A DNA stretch of 64,000 bases from assembly GCA_964016885.1 (NCBI GenBank), contig OZ024756.1, positions 10,664,001-10,728,000 of the forward strand. The letters are read 5' to 3'. The notes below the pieces were generated by a model. It did no database searches and was not told where the DNA came from. It saw nothing but the letters and a program-made list of their open reading frames with translations. Origin of the DNA: Eledone cirrhosa (lineage: Eukaryota). The position numbers and the translations under genes were made by a program. Below, one piece after another: positions 40,285-55,832 of the stretch; position 1 is the stretch's first letter, and each line of letters starts with the position of its first letter.

Positions 40285-40318
<34 letters not shown>

Positions 40319-40518
40319 CACACACATATATACACACACACACATATATGTGTGTGTGTGTATATATATGTGTGTGTGTGTGTATATATATATATGTGTG
40401 TGTGTATATGTATGTATATATATATATGTGTGTGTGTATATATATATATATATGTATGTCTAACCCATGCTTGCATGGAAGATAGACGTTAAACAATGAT
40501 GATTATGATGATGATTTG

Positions 40519-40550
<32 letters not shown>

Positions 40551-40557
40551 TATATAC

Positions 40558-40666
<109 letters not shown>

Positions 40667-40839
40667 CGTGGTTGCAAAGTGGGAACTTCTTAACCACATG
40701 ATTGTATTGGCTGTACTTTAAAATAGGAGATTTTTCTTTTTTCTTTTTTGGTATGTGGTGAATATTACATAGGTTAGGTTAGAAGTATTGTAGAAGTATG
40801 GCAGCACAGCTCTGTCAGTATGTTCTGGAATATAATTAC

Positions 40840-41018
40840 TGAAACCATAGCAGAAACCGAATTTTTGGCAACCTTTGAGTGTCAGATATGTTCTTATTTG
40901 AACTTAACAACTTCAAAACTGAACAACATGCTACTACTTTGGAAATATCACGAGAAGTCACATGATGTTTCTTCATGTTTAACAGATAGCTAGATGTTTG
41001 TATCAGAAGACTGGAGAC
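40840..41018 (-). CDS. Candidate coding exon of an unidentified host gene
   Basis: Unique non-repetitive 179-nt open segment between AG and GTAATT: VSSLLIQTSSYLLNMKKHHVTSRDISKVVACCSVLKLLSSNKNISDTQRLPKIRFLLWF. Weak acceptor; no homology recognised. Confidence 0.25.
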
Positions 41019-41184
41019 CTTTGCACACACATATTATTAAAAAAATATCTATGAAATAATATATATACATATGTGTGTATATATATATATATATTCATTC
41101 ATTTCATTTTTTCATTTCATTTTTACGTCCACTTTTTCCCTGCTTGCAAGGGTGGGATGGGAACTGATATATATATATATATAT

Positions 41185-41351
41185 ATAGGAAAATGTATGA
41201 CCCCGACGGCAGAGATCAAGCCGTTTAGATGGCTATTGAGCTCTGCCGTTGGGGTCATACATTCTCCTATTACCCACTCTACTACTACCCTAAGTATTGA
41301 GTACTCTGGTGCGTTATGGTCCATCTGGTTCCCTACTACAACTCCTTTGTT
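41185..41351 (+). mobile_element. Hairpin-plus-tail element in (TA)n (family H)
   Basis: Inverted arms within 41185-41270 plus an 80-nt one-sided tail. Relatives at 42483-42676, 25731-25856 and 44430-44540. Confidence 0.7.
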
Positions 41352-41469
41352 ATATATATATATATATATATACATATGTGTGTGTGTGTATGTAACAAAC
41401 ATAGGCATACATACACATACAGAGCAGTCACACCCACACATAAAGACACACAGTAGCAGACACATAGAT

Positions 41470-41557
<88 letters not shown>

Positions 41558-41603
41558 TATTTTAAAATATCTAGGAAATAACATAGATATGTGTGTGTAT
41601 ATG

Positions 41604-41700
<97 letters not shown>

Positions 41701-41739
41701 AACAAACATAGGCACACATACAGAGCAGTCACACAAACA

Positions 41740-42190
41740 CACATAAAAACACACAGTAGCAGACACATAGATGCACACACACACATGTAAATATATACAC
41801 ACACATAGAAACACACAGTAGCAGACACATAGATGCACACACACACACATGTAAATATATACACACACATAGAAACACACAGTAGCAGACACATAGATGC
41901 ACACACACACATGTAAATATATACACACACATAGAAACACACAGTAGCAGACACATAGATGCACACACACACACATGTAAATAGATACACACACATAAAA
42001 ACACACAGTAGCAGACACATAGATGCACACACACACATGTAAATATATACACACACATAAAAACACACAGTAGCAGAAACATAGATGCACACACACACAT
42101 GTAAATATATACACACACATAAAAACACACAGTAGCAGAAACATAGATGCACACACACACATGTAAATATATACACACACACACACACAT
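41740..42190. repeat. 62-64-bp minisatellite, about 7 copies
   Basis: AAACACACAGTAGCAGACACATAGATGCAC(AC)nATGTAAATATATACACACACATA(G/A). Confidence 0.9.
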
Positions 42191-42482
42191 GTATATACAC
42201 ATACACACACACACACATTTGTGGTATATTTCTTGCAGTAAGAACACATAATTCTACAGAATTATGCAGCCTGACTAGAAAAAATGCACTCCGGCTTTAA
42301 ATATTAAAATGATAGTGCTATATATCTATCTATCTATACCTCTATTGGGGAAAATCGACTAACTTTTAAATTCCATCTGTGATAACATTTTACACGTTTT
42401 TATTGTATGTAAACTTCCCCCTTTGTATTTGTCCCCTTCTTTTGTGCCCCTGTGGCTAATAAAGAAATATATCTATCTATAT

Positions 42483-42676
42483 AACGAAGAGGGCGTGATA
42501 AGGAACCAGATGGACCATGATGCACCAGAGTACTCAATACTTAGGGTAGTAGAGTGGGTAATAGGAAAATGTTTAACTCTGATGGCAGAGCTCAAGCCGT
42601 TTCAACGGTTATTTCTGTCCAGAAATAGCCGTCGAAACGGCTTGAGCTCTGCCGTCGGGGTTAAACATTTTCCTAT
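42483..42676 (-). mobile_element. Hairpin-plus-tail element (family H)
   Basis: About 55-bp inverted arms within 42561-42676, with the tail on the left side. Confidence 0.7.
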
Positions 42677-42825
42677 CTCTATATATAGATAGATAGATAG
42701 ATAGAGATATATATATATATATATATACATATGTATATGTATTTAGAGATAGATATATATATATATATACATATGTATATGTATTTATAGATAGATATAT
42801 ATATATTTATATATATATTGCTATA

Positions 42826-42927
<102 letters not shown>

Positions 42928-43380
42928 TATATATATACATATATATATATTTACTTAAAAAAATAAATTTAATATAGATTTTAATTATCAGTTCAGGCAG
43001 ATAAGCAATATAGAGTAAAAACTGTGTGTGTGGAGAGGGGGGAGGGAGAGGAGGAGATAGCGATAGAGTGAGGGAGGGAGAGAAGCTAATTAAATTCTCG
43101 TCAATCAATATGGTGCATTATATATATTTCCTATGTGAGAAGTGAAAGTTTAAACTCTGATAAACTCTACACTTTGACTATAAACAAGGGAGGTAATACA
43201 TATCAAAATGTCTGTCAGTAAGGTTAAGATCAGCCTCAGCAATCTACTGAAATAATAGGCAGCCATTTTGTTTTTCTTAAACTTTCAAATGAAAATCTTG
43301 AAAAATGTTATAGTGTTATATCGTCATCATCACCATCATCATTTAACACCCACTTTCCTTGCCATAAATATATATATATC

Positions 43381-43680
43381 TTCTCCCACTTATTCCTGAG
43401 CGGATTGTGGGGGCAAAGTCCTCAAACACTCCCTCCAGTGGGTCCTGTCAGAAGCAACTATCTCCAACTGATCCGGCTGGATCTCTAAGCAAGACCAACC
43501 AAGCTCATGGATGTTATGCAACCATCTTGCTCAGGGTCTACCGCTGGGTCTCCTGCCGGTTGGTTTTGCCTGTAAAATCTGTCCAGTGATTCTTTCCTGA
43601 GACATTATAGCCACATGTCCATAGTATTTGAGCTGTGATCTCTCAATTCAGAGAAGTAGCGGCTCTGCCTCGAATAACTC
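43381..43680 (-). mobile_element. RTE-type LINE 3' fragment
   Basis: Homologous to 25897-26270 (YYGHV..MSQERI..GRRPSGRP). Confidence 0.75.
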
Positions 43681-43756
43681 TATATATATCAGGATAGAAC
43701 CAGTTTAAAACTAGTTAGACAATTACTCAACAGAGAACTTGATCCTTGGTGTAAAA

Positions 43757-44408
43757 ATAATAATAATAATGATGAAATTATTGTGTAAAGTGCTCAGGTG
43801 CACTACAACTTGTCAAAGGTGTATGTATAGTACATAGAATAATATACAAATGTCAGGGAAGTGAATAGTGTATGAGTCATGATATACATGTGTGCATGTG
43901 TATGGAGGGGGAATATTATGTGTAGTGTTGGCGAATCTCAGGAAGCATGGAGGTTTTAAAGGATGCAGTGTCTTGACAGCTAACAACTGATGCAGGTAGT
44001 TTGTTCCATGCTTCAGCAACTCTGAGCGTGAAAAATGTTTCCAAAAGTCATGGGAGCTGTGCTGTTTTCTGACTTTGTGGGCATGCCCACGTGTGTTAGA
44101 CACATGGAAATCAAAAAGCTACTCAGGGTTGTTGTTGGAAAGATGGTTAATAATTTTGTGGGTTTTTACCAAGTCAGTTGCCAGACGTCGGAGCTTCAAT
44201 GTATCCATGTCCAGGGAAGCAAGGCTTTCAGAGTATGGTAGATGCCTGATGGAGGGTATTCGCTTGGTTGCACATCTCTGAACAGTTTCCAGGTGGTCAA
44301 TGTTCTGAGCAAGATAGGGATTCCAGACTGGTGATGCAAATTCTAAGTGTGGCTGCACCATAGCTATATACAGGTTTAAATAGATAGCTGGAGAGCGGCT
44401 GCCAAAGG
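43757..44408 (-). mobile_element. CR1/L2-group LINE 3' fragment
   Basis: LYIAMVQPHLEFASPVWNPY..LETVQRCATKRI..RR..DL, TRGH..K, WNKLP; (TTA)n tail. Confidence 0.88.
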
Positions 44409-44704
44409 TGTAGTAGAGAATGGCTATATCATAAAGTGTCAGGACCCAACAGCTGAGCTCTTGCCATTATAACAGTTAGTTCCAGTCTGGAACTAGCTGT
44501 TATGATGACAAGAGATCAGCCAGCAGGTCCCAACTCTTTATTATATATATATTCTACAGGACTAGAACTGTTTCATTCATATGGAATAATCAGGAATGTC
44601 TTGATTGAATAGCTCACTTAAGAGGGTTTTTCCCTGATTCCTTTCAGGATACCTTCATATATATATATATGTGTATCAGCTATTTATTTTGAAAAATAGT
44701 TTTT

Positions 44705-47700
44705 ATAGTAATGTGCTAGAGTGGTCTGATGTTGTACTTCTATAGTTAGACAACATATAGTAATGTGTTTGACTGGTCTGATACCTCTGTAGTTAGACAA
44801 TATATAGTAATGTATTAGACTGGTCTGATACCTCTGTAGTTAGACAATATATAATAATGTGTTAGACTGGTCTGATACCTCTGTAGTTAGACAATATATA
44901 GTAATGTGTTTGACTGGTCTGATACCTCTGTAGTTAGACAATATATAGTAATGTGTTAGACTGGTCTGATACCTCTGTAGTTAGACAACATATAGTAATG
45001 TGTTAGACTGGTCTGATACCTCTGTAGTTAGACAATATATAGTAATGTGTTAGACAGGTCTGATACCTCTGTAGTTAGACAACATATAGTAATGTGTTAG
45101 ACTGGTCTAAGACCTCTGTAGTTAGACAACATATAGTAATGTGTTAGACTGGTCTGATACCTCTGTAGTTAGACAATATATAGTAATGTGTTAGACTGGT
45201 CTGATACCTCTGAAATTAGACAACATATAGTAATGTGTTAGACTGGTCTGATACCTCTGTAGTTAGACAATATATAGTAATGTGTTAGACAGGTCTTATA
45301 CCTCTGTAGTTAGACAATATATAGTAATGTGTTGGAGTGGGCTGACGTTATACCTCTGTAGTTAGACAACATATAGTAATGTGTTAGACTGGTCTGATAC
45401 CTCTGTAGTTAGACAACATATAGTAATGTGTTAGAGTGGTCTGATACCTCTATAATTAGACAACATATAGTAATGTGTTAGAGTGGTCTGATACCTCTGT
45501 AGTTAGACAACATATAGTAATGTGTTAGAGTGGTCTGACATTATACCTCTCTAGTTAGACAACATATAGTAATGTGTTAGACTGGTCTGATAACTCTGTA
45601 GTTAGACAACATATAGTAATGTGTTAGACTGGTCTGATACCTCTGTAGTTAGACAACATATAGTAATGTGTTAGACTGGTCTGATACCTCTGAAGTTAGA
45701 CAATATATAGTAATGTGTTAGAGTGGTCTGACGTTATACCTCTCTAGTTAGACAACATATAGTAATGTGTTAGACTGGTCTGATATCTCTGAAGTTAGAC
45801 AATATATAGTAATGTGTTAGAGTGGTCTGATACCTCTGTATTTAGACAACATATAGTAATGTGTTAGAGTGGTCTGACATAACTCTGTAGTTAGACAACA
45901 TATAGTAATGTGTTAGACTGGTCTGATACCTCTGTAGTTAGACATTATATAGTAATGTGTTAGACTGGTCTGATATCTCTGTAGTTAGACAACATATAGT
46001 AATGTGTTAGACTGGTCTGATACCTCTGTAGTTAGACAACATATAGTAATGTGTTAGACTGGTCTGATACCTCTGAAGTTAGACAATATATAGTAATGTG
46101 TTAGAGTGGTCTGACGTTATACCTCTGTAGTTAGACAACATATAGTAATGTGTTAGACTGGTCTGATACCTCTGTAGTTAGACAACATATAGTAATGTGT
46201 TAGAGTGGTCTGATACCTCTATAATTAGACAACATATAGTAATGTGTTAGAGTGGTCTGATACCTCTGTAGTTAGACAACATATAGTAATGTGTTAGAGT
46301 GGTCTGACATAACTCTGTAGTTAGACAACATATAGTAATGTGTTAGACAGGTCTGATACCTCTGTAGTTAGACGATATATAGTAATGTGTTAGACAGGTC
46401 TGATACCTCTGTAGTTAGATAACATATAGTAATGTGTTAGACTGGTCTGATACCTCTGTAGTTAGACAATATATAATAATGTGTTAGACTGGTCTGATAA
46501 CTCTGTAGTTAGACAATATATAATAATGTGTTAGACTGGTCTGATACCTCTGTAGTTACACAACATATAGTAATGTGTTAGACTGGTCTGATACCTCTGA
46601 AGTTAGACAATATATAATAATGTGTTAGACTGGTGTGATACCTCTGTAGTTAGACAACATATAGTAATGTGTTAGACAGGTCTTATACCTCTGTAGTTAC
46701 ACAACATATAGTAATGTGTTAGACTGGTCTGATACCTCTGAAGTTAGACAATATATAGTAATGTGTTAGACTGGTCTGATACCTCTGTAGTTAGACAACA
46801 TGTAGTAATGTGTTAGACAGGTCTGATACCTCTGTAGTTAGACAATATATAGTAATGTGTTAGACAGGTCTGATACCTCTGTAGTTAGATAACATATAGT
46901 AATGTGTTAGACTGGTCTGATACCTCTGTAGTTAGACAATATATAATAATGTGTTAGACTGGTCTGATAACTCTGTAGTTAGACAATATATAATAATGTG
47001 TTAGACTGGTCTGATACCTCTAAAGTTAGACAATATATAGTAATGTGTTAGACTGTTCTGATACCTCTGAAGTTAGACAATATATAGTAACGTGTTTGAC
47101 TGGTCTGATACCTCTGAAGTTAGACAATATATAATAATGTGTTAGACTGGTCTGATACCTCTGTAGTTAGACAACATATAGTAATGTGTTAGAGTGGTCT
47201 GATACCTCTGTAGTTAGACAACATATAGTAATGTGTTAGACTGGTCTGATACCTCTGTAGTTAGACAACATATAGTAATGTGTTAGTCAGGTCTGATACC
47301 TCTGTAGTTTGACAATATATAGTAATGTGTTAGACAGGTCTTATACCTCTGTAGTTAGACAACATATAGTAATGTGTTAGAGTGGTCTGACGTTATAGCT
47401 CTCTAGTTAGACAACATAGTGTAATGTGTTAGACTGGTCTGATACCTCTGTAGTTAGACAACATATAGTAATGTGTTAGACTGGTCTGATACCTCTGAAG
47501 TTAGACAATATATAGTAATGTGTTAGAGTGGTCTGACGTTATACCTCTGTAGTTAGACAACATATAGTAATGTGTTAGACTGGTCTGATACCTCTGTAGT
47601 TAGACAACATATAGTAACGTGTTAGAGTGGTCTGATACCTCTTTAGTTAGACAATATATAGTAATGTGTTAGACAGGTCTTATACCTCTTTAGTTAGACA

Positions 47701-50700
47701 ACATATAGTAATGTGTTAGAGTGGTCTGACATAACTCTGTAGTTAGACAACATATAGTAATGTGTTAGACTGGTCTGATACCTCTGTAGTTAGACAATAT
47801 ATAGTAATGTGTTAGACTGGTCTGATACCTCTGTAGTTAGACAACATATAGTAATGTGTTAGAGTAGTCTGACGTTATACCTCTGTAGTTAGACAACATA
47901 TAGTAATGTGTTAGACTGGTCTGATACCTCTGAAGTTAGACAATATATAGTAATGTGTTAGACTGGTCTGATACCTCTGTAGTTAGACAACATATAGTAA
48001 TGTGTTAGACTGTTCTGATACCTCTGAAGTTAGACAATATATAGTAATGTGTTAGACTGGTCTGATACCTCTGTAGTTAGACAACATATAGTAATGTGTT
48101 AGACTGGTCTGATATCTCCGTAGTTAGACAATATATAATAATGTGTTAGACTGGTCTGATACCTCTGTAGTTAGACAACATATAGTAATGTGTTAGACTG
48201 GTCTAATACCTCTGTAGTTAGACAACATATAGTAATGTGTTAGACTTGTCTGATACCTCTGAAGTTAGACAATATATAGTAATGTGTTAGACTGGTCTGA
48301 TACCTCTGTAGTTAGACAACATATAGTAATGTGTTAGACTGGTCTGATATCTCTGTAGTTAGACAACATATAGTAATGTGTTAGACTGGTCTGATACCTC
48401 TGTAGTTAGACAACATATAGTAATGTGTTAGACTGGTCTGATACCTCTGTAGTTAGACAACATATAGTAATGTGTTAGACAGGTCTGATACCTCTGTAGT
48501 TAGACAACATATAGTAATGTGTTAGAGTGGTCTGACGTTATACCTCTGTAGTTAGACAACATATAGTAATGTGTTAGACTGGTCTGATACCTCTGTAGTT
48601 AGACAACATATAGTAATGTGTTAGAGTGGTCTGATACCTCTGTAGTTAGACAACATATAGTAATGTGTTAGAGTGGTCTGACATAACTCTCTAGTTAGAC
48701 AACATATAGTAATGTGTTAGACTGGTCTGATACCTCTGTAGTTAGACAATATATAGTAATGTGTTAGACTGGTCTGATACCTCTGTAGTTAGACAACATA
48801 TAGTAATGTGTTAGAGTGGTCTGATACCTCTGTAGTTAGACAACATATAGTAATGTGTTAGACAGGTCTGATACCTCTGTAGTTAGACAAAATATAGTAA
48901 TGTGTTAGACTGGTCTAATACCTCTGTAGTTAGACAACATATAGTAATGTGTTAGACTTGTCTGATACCTCTGAAGTTAGACAATATATAGTAATGTGTT
49001 AGACTGGTCTGATACCTCTGAAGTTAGACAATATATAATAATGTGTTAGACTGGTCTGATACCTCTGTAGTTAGACAACATATAGTAATGTGTTAGACTG
49101 GTCTGATATCTCTGTAGTTAGACAACATATAGTAATGTGTTAGACTGGTCTGATACCTCTGTAGTTAGACAACATATAGTAATGTGTTAGAGTGGTCTGA
49201 TACCTCTGCAGTTAGACAACATATAGTAATGTGTTAGAGTGGTCTGACATAACTCTGTAGTTAGACAACATATAGTAATGTGTTAGACAGGTCTGATACC
49301 TCTGTAGTTAGACAATATATAGTAATGTGTTAGACAGGCCTGATACCTCTGTAGTTAGACGATATATAGTAATGTGTTAGACAGGTCTGATACCTCTGTA
49401 GTTAGACAACATATAGTAATGTGTTAGAGTGGTCTGATACCTCTATAATTAAACAACATATAGTAATGTGTTAGAGTGGTCTGATACCTCTGTAGTTAGA
49501 CAACATATAGTAATGTGTTAGAGTGGTCTGACATAACTCTGTAGTTAGACAACATATAGTAATGTGTTAGATAGGTCTGATACCTCTGTAGTTAGACGAT
49601 ATATAGTAATGTGTTAGACAGGTCTGATACCTCAGTAGTTAGACAATATATAGCAATGTGTTAGACAGGTCTGATACCTCTGTAGTTAGATAACATATAG
49701 TAATGTGTTAGACTGGTCTGATACCTCTGTAGTTAGACAATATATAATAATGTGTTAGACTGGTCTGATAACTCTGTAGTTACACAACATATAGTAATGT
49801 GTTAGACTGGTCTGATACCTCTGAAGTTAGACAATATATAATAATGTGTTAGACTGGTGTGATACCTCTGTAGTTAGACAACATATAGTAATGTGTTAGA
49901 CAGGTCTTATACCTCTGTAGTTAGACAACATATAGTAATGTGTTAGACTGGTCTGATACCTCTGAAGTTAGACAATATATAGTAATATGTTAGACTGGTC
50001 TGATACCTCTGTAGTTAGACAACATATAGTAATGTGTTAGACTGGTCTGATACCTCTGTAGTTAGACAACATATAGAAATGTGTTAGACTGGTCTGATAC
50101 CTCTGTAGTTAGACAACATATAGTAATGTGTTAGACAGGTCTGATACCTCTGTAGTTAGACAACATATAGTAATGTGTTAGAGTGGTCTGATACCTCTGA
50201 AGTTAGACAATATATAGTAATGTGTTAGACTGGTGTGATACCTCTGTAGTTAGACAACATATAGTAATGTGTTAGACTGGCCTGATACCTCTCTAGTTAG
50301 ACAACATATAGTAATGTGTAAGACTGGTCTGATACCTCTGTAGTTAGACAACATATAGTAATGTGTTAGACAGGTCTGATACCTCTGTAGTTAGACAATA
50401 TATAGTAATGTGTAAGACAGGTCTTATACCTCTGTAGTTAGACAACATATAGTAATGTGTTAGAGTGGTCTGACGTTATACCTCTCTAGTTACACAACAT
50501 ATAGTAATGTGTTAGACTGGTCTGATACCTCTGTAGTTAGACAACATATAGTAATGTGTTAGACAGGTCTGATACCTCTGTAGTTAGACAACATATAGTA
50601 ATGTGTTAGACTGGTCTGATACCTCTGAAGTTAGACAATATATAGTAATGTGTTAGAGTGGTCTGACGTTATACCTCTGTAGTTAGACAACATATAGTAA

Positions 50701-53700
50701 TGTGTTAGACTGGTCTGATACCTCTGTAGTTAGACAACATATAGTAATGTGTTAGAGTGGTCTGATACCTCTATAATTAGACAACATATAGTAATGTGTT
50801 AGAGTGGTCTGATACCTCTGTAGTTAGACAACATATAGTAATGTGTTAGACAGGTCTGATACCTCTGTAGTTAGACAATATATAGTAATGTGTTAGACAG
50901 GCCTGATACCTCTGTAGTTAGACGATATATAGTAATGTGTTAGACAGGTCTGATACCTCTGTAGTTAGATAACATATAGTAATGTGTTAGACTGGTCTGA
51001 TACCTCTGTAGTTAGACAACATATAGTAATGTGTTAGACAGGTCTGATACCTCTGTAGTTAGACAATATATAGTAATGTGTTAGACAGGTCTTATACCTC
51101 TGTAGTTAGACAACATATAGTAATGTGTTAGACTTGTCTGATACCTCTGAAGTTAGACAATATATAGTAATGTGTTAGACTGGTGTGATACCTCTGTAGT
51201 TAGACAACATATAGTAATGTGTTAGACTGTTCTGATACCTCTGAAGTTAGACAATATATAGTAATGTATTTGACTGGTCTGATACCTCTGAAGTTAGACA
51301 ATATATAATAATGTGTTAGACTGGTCTGATACCTCTGTAGTTAGACAACATATAGTAATGTGTTAGACTGGTCTGATACCTCTGTAGTTAGAAAACATAT
51401 AGTAATGCGTTAGACTGGTCTGATACCTCTGTAGTTAGACAACATATAGTAATGTGTTAGACAGGTCTGATACCTCTGTAGTTCGACAATATATAGTAAT
51501 GTGTTAGACAGGTCTTATACCTCTGTAGTTAGATAACATATAGTAATGTGTTAGAGTGGTCTGACGTTATACCTCTCTAGTTAGACAACATATAGTAATG
51601 TGTTAGACTCGTCTGATACCTCTGTAGTTAGACAATATATAGTAATGTGTTAGACTGGTCTGATACCTCTGTAGTTAGACAACATATAGTAATGTGTTAG
51701 ACTGGTCTGATACCTCTGAAGTTAGACAATATATAGTAATGTGTTAGAGTGGTCTGACGTTATACCTCTGTAGTTAGACAACATATAGTAATGTGTTAGA
51801 GTGGTCTGATACCTCTGTAGTTAGACAATATATAGTAATGTGTTAGACAAGCCTGATACCTCTGTAGTTAGACGATATATAGTAATGTGTTAGACAGGTC
51901 TGATACCTCTGTAGTTAGACTAGTCTAACACATTACTATATGTTGTCTAACTACAGAGGTATCAGACCATTCTAACACATTACTATATGTTGTTTAATTA
52001 TAGAGGTATCAGACTAGTCTAACACATTACTATATGTTGTCTGATACCTCTATAATTAAACAACATATAGTAATGTGTTAGAATGGTCTGATACCTCTGT
52101 AGTTAGACAACATATAGTAATGTGTTAGAGTGGTCTGACATAACTCTGTAGTTAGACAACATATAGTAATGTGTTAGACAGGTCTGATACCTCTGTAGTT
52201 AGACGATATATAGTAATGTGTTAGACAGGTCTGATACCTCAGTAGTTAGACAATATATAGCAATGTGTTAGACAGGTCTGATACCTCTGTAGTTAGATAA
52301 CATATAGTAATGTGTTAGACTGGTCTGATACCTCTGTAGTTAGACAATATATAATAATGTGTTAGACTGGTCTGATAACTCTGTAGTTACACAACATATA
52401 GTAATGTGTTAGACTGGTCTGATACCTCTGAAGTTAGACAATATATAATAATGTGTTAGACTGGTGTGATACCTCTGTAGTTAGACAACATATAGTAATG
52501 TGTTAGACAGGTCTTATACCTCTGTAGTTAGACAACATATAGTAATGTGTTAGACTGGTCTGATACCTCTGAAGTTAGACAATATATAGTAATGTGTTAG
52601 ACTGGTCTGATACCTCTGTAGTTAGACAACATATAGTAATGTGTTAGACTGGTCTGATACCTCTGTAGTTAGACAACATATAGTAATGTGTTAGACAGGT
52701 CTGATACCTCTGTAGTTAGACAACATATAGTAATGTGTTAGAGTGGTCTGATACCTCTGAAGTTAGACAATATATAGTAATGTGTTAGACTGGTGTGATA
52801 CCTCTGTAGTTAGACAACATATAGTAATGTGTTAGACTGGCCTGATACCTCTCTAGTTAGACAACATATAGTAATGTGTAAGACTGGTCTGATACCTCTG
52901 TAGTTAGACAACATATAGTAATGTGTTAGACAGGTCTGATACCTCTGTAGTTAGACAATATATAGTAATGTGTAAGACAGGTCTTATACCTCTGTAGTTA
53001 GACAACATATAGTAATGTGTTAGAGTGGTCTGACGTTATACCTCTCTAGTTAGACAACATATAGTAATGTGTTAGACTGGTCTGATACCTCTGTAGTTAG
53101 ACAACATATAGTAATGTGTTAGACTGGTCTGATACCTCTGTAGTTAGACAACATATAGTAATGTGTTAGACTAGTCTGATACCTCTGAAGTTAGACAATA
53201 TATAGTAATGTGTTAGAGTGGTCTGACGTTATACCTCTGTAGTTAGACAACATATAGTAATGTGTTAGAGTGGTCTGATACCTCTATAATTAGACAACAT
53301 ATAGTAATGTGTTAGAGTGGTCTGATACCTCTGTAGTTTGACAACATATAGTAATGTGTTAGACAGGTCTGATACCTCTGTAGTTAGACAATATATAGTA
53401 ATGTGTTAGACAGGCCTGATACCTCTGTAGTTAGACGATATATAGTAATGTGTTAGACAGGTCTGATACCTCTGTAGTTAGATAACATATAGTAATGTGT
53501 TAGACTGGTCTGATACCTCTGTAGTTAGACAACATATAGTAATGTGTTAGACAGGTCTGATACCTCTGTAGTTAGACAATATATAGTAATGTGTTAGACT
53601 TGTCTGATACCTCTGAAGTTAGACAATATATAGTAATGTGTTAGACTGGTGTGATACCTCTGTAGTTAGACAACATATAGTAATGTGTTAGACAGGTCTG

Positions 53701-55832
53701 ATACCTCTGTAGTTAGACAATATATAGTAATGTGTTAGACAGGTCTTATACCTCTGTAGTTAGACAACATATAGTAATGTGTTAGAGTGGTCTGACGTTA
53801 TACCTCTCTAGTTAGACAACATATAGTAATGTGTTAGACTTGTCTGATACCTCTGTAGTTAGACAATATATAGTAATGTGTTAGACTGGTCTGATACCTC
53901 TGTAGTTAGACAACATATAGTAATGTGTTAGACTGGTCTGATACCTCTGAAGTTAGACAATATATAGTAATGTGTTAGAGTGGTCTGACGTTATACCTCT
54001 GTAGTTAGACAACATATAGTAATGTGTTAGAGTGGTCTGATACCTCTGTAGTTAGACAACATATAGTAATGTGTTAGAGTGGTCTGACATAACTCTGTAG
54101 TTAGACAACATATAGTAATGTGTTAGACTGGTCTGATACCTCTGTAGTTAGACAATATATAGTAATGTGTTAGACTGGTCTGATACCTCTGTAGTTAGAC
54201 AATATATAGTAATGTGTTAGACAGGTCTGATACCTCTGTAGTTAGACGATATATAGTAATGTGTTAGACAGGTCTGATACCTCTGTAGTTAGACAATATA
54301 TAGTAATGTGTTAGATAGGTCTGATACCTCTGTAGTTAGACAATATATACTAATGTGTTAGACAGGTCTTATACCTCTGTAGTTAGACAACATATAGTAT
54401 TTTGTTAGAGTGGTCTGACGTTATACCTCTCTAGTTAGACAACATATAGTAATGTGTTAGACTGGTCTTATACCTCTGTAGTTAGACAACATATAGTAAT
54501 GTGTTAGACTGGTCTGATACCTCTGTAGTTAGACAACATATAGTAATGTGTTAGACTGGTCTGATACCTCTGTAGTTAGACAACATATAGTAATGTGTTA
54601 GACTGGTCTGATACCTCTGAAGTTAGACAATATATAGTAATGTGTTAGAGTGGTCTGACGTTATACCTCTGTAGTTAGACAACATATAGTAATGTGTTAG
54701 ACTGGTCTGATACCTCTGTAGTTAGACAACATATAGTAATGTGTTAGAGTGGTCTGATACCTCTATAATTAGACAACATATAGTAATGTGTTAGAGTGGT
54801 CTGATACCTCTGTATTTAGACAATATATAGTAATGTGTTAGAGTGGTCTGACATAACTCTGTAGTTAGACAACATATAGTAATGTGTTAGACTGGTCTGA
54901 TACCTCTGTAGTTAGACAATATATAGTAATCTGTTAGACTGGTCTGATACGTCTGTAGTTAGACAATATATAGTAATGTGTTAGACAGGTCTGATACCTC
55001 TGTAGTTAGACGATATATAGTAATGTGTTAGACAGGTCTGATACCTCTGTAGTTAGACAATATATAGTAATGTGTTAGACAGGTCTGATACCTCTGTAGT
55101 TAGATAACATATAGTAATGTGTTAGACTGGTCTGATACCTCTGTAGTTAGACAATATATAATAATGTGTTAGACTGGTCTGATACCTCTGTAGTTAGACA
55201 ACATATAGTAATGTGTTAGAGTGGTCTGACGTTATACCTCTCTAGTTAGACAACATATAGTAATGTGTTAGACTGGTCTGATACCTCTGTAGTTAGACAA
55301 TATATAGTAATGTGTTAGACTGGTCTGATACCTCTGAAGTTAGACAATATATAGTAATGTGTTAGACTGGTCTGACATACCTCTGTAGTTAGACAATATA
55401 TAGTAATGTGTTAGACTGGTCTGATACCTCTGAAGTTAGACAACATATAGTAATGTATTAGACTGGTCTGATACCTCTGTAGTTAGACAACATATAGTAA
55501 TGTGTTAGACTGGTCTGATACCTCTGTAGTTATACAACATATAGTAATGTGTTAGACTGGTCTGATACCACTGTAGTTAGACAACATATAGTAATGTGTT
55601 AGACTGGTCTGATACCTCTGAAGTTAGACAATATATAGTAATGTGTTAGAGTGGTCTGACGTTATACCTCTGTAGTTAGACAACATATAGTAATGTGTTA
55701 GACTGGTCTGATACCTCTGTAGTTAGACAACATATGGTAATGTGTTAGAGTGGTCTGATACCTCTGTAGTTCGCCAACATATAGTAATGTGTTAGACTGG
55801 TCTGACATACCTCTGTAGTTAGACAACATATA
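44705..55832. repeat. Minisatellite array 2, 47-bp unit, roughly 230 copies
   Basis: Unit GTAGTTAGACAA(C/T)ATATAGTAATGTGTTAGACTGGTCTGATACCTCT, with 49-bp and 52-bp (+CGTTA) variants. Confidence 0.98.

Noticed and set aside
44705-55832. Common origin of the two satellites
   Set aside because: They share only short words (AATGT, GTTA); the monomers do not align convincingly by eye.
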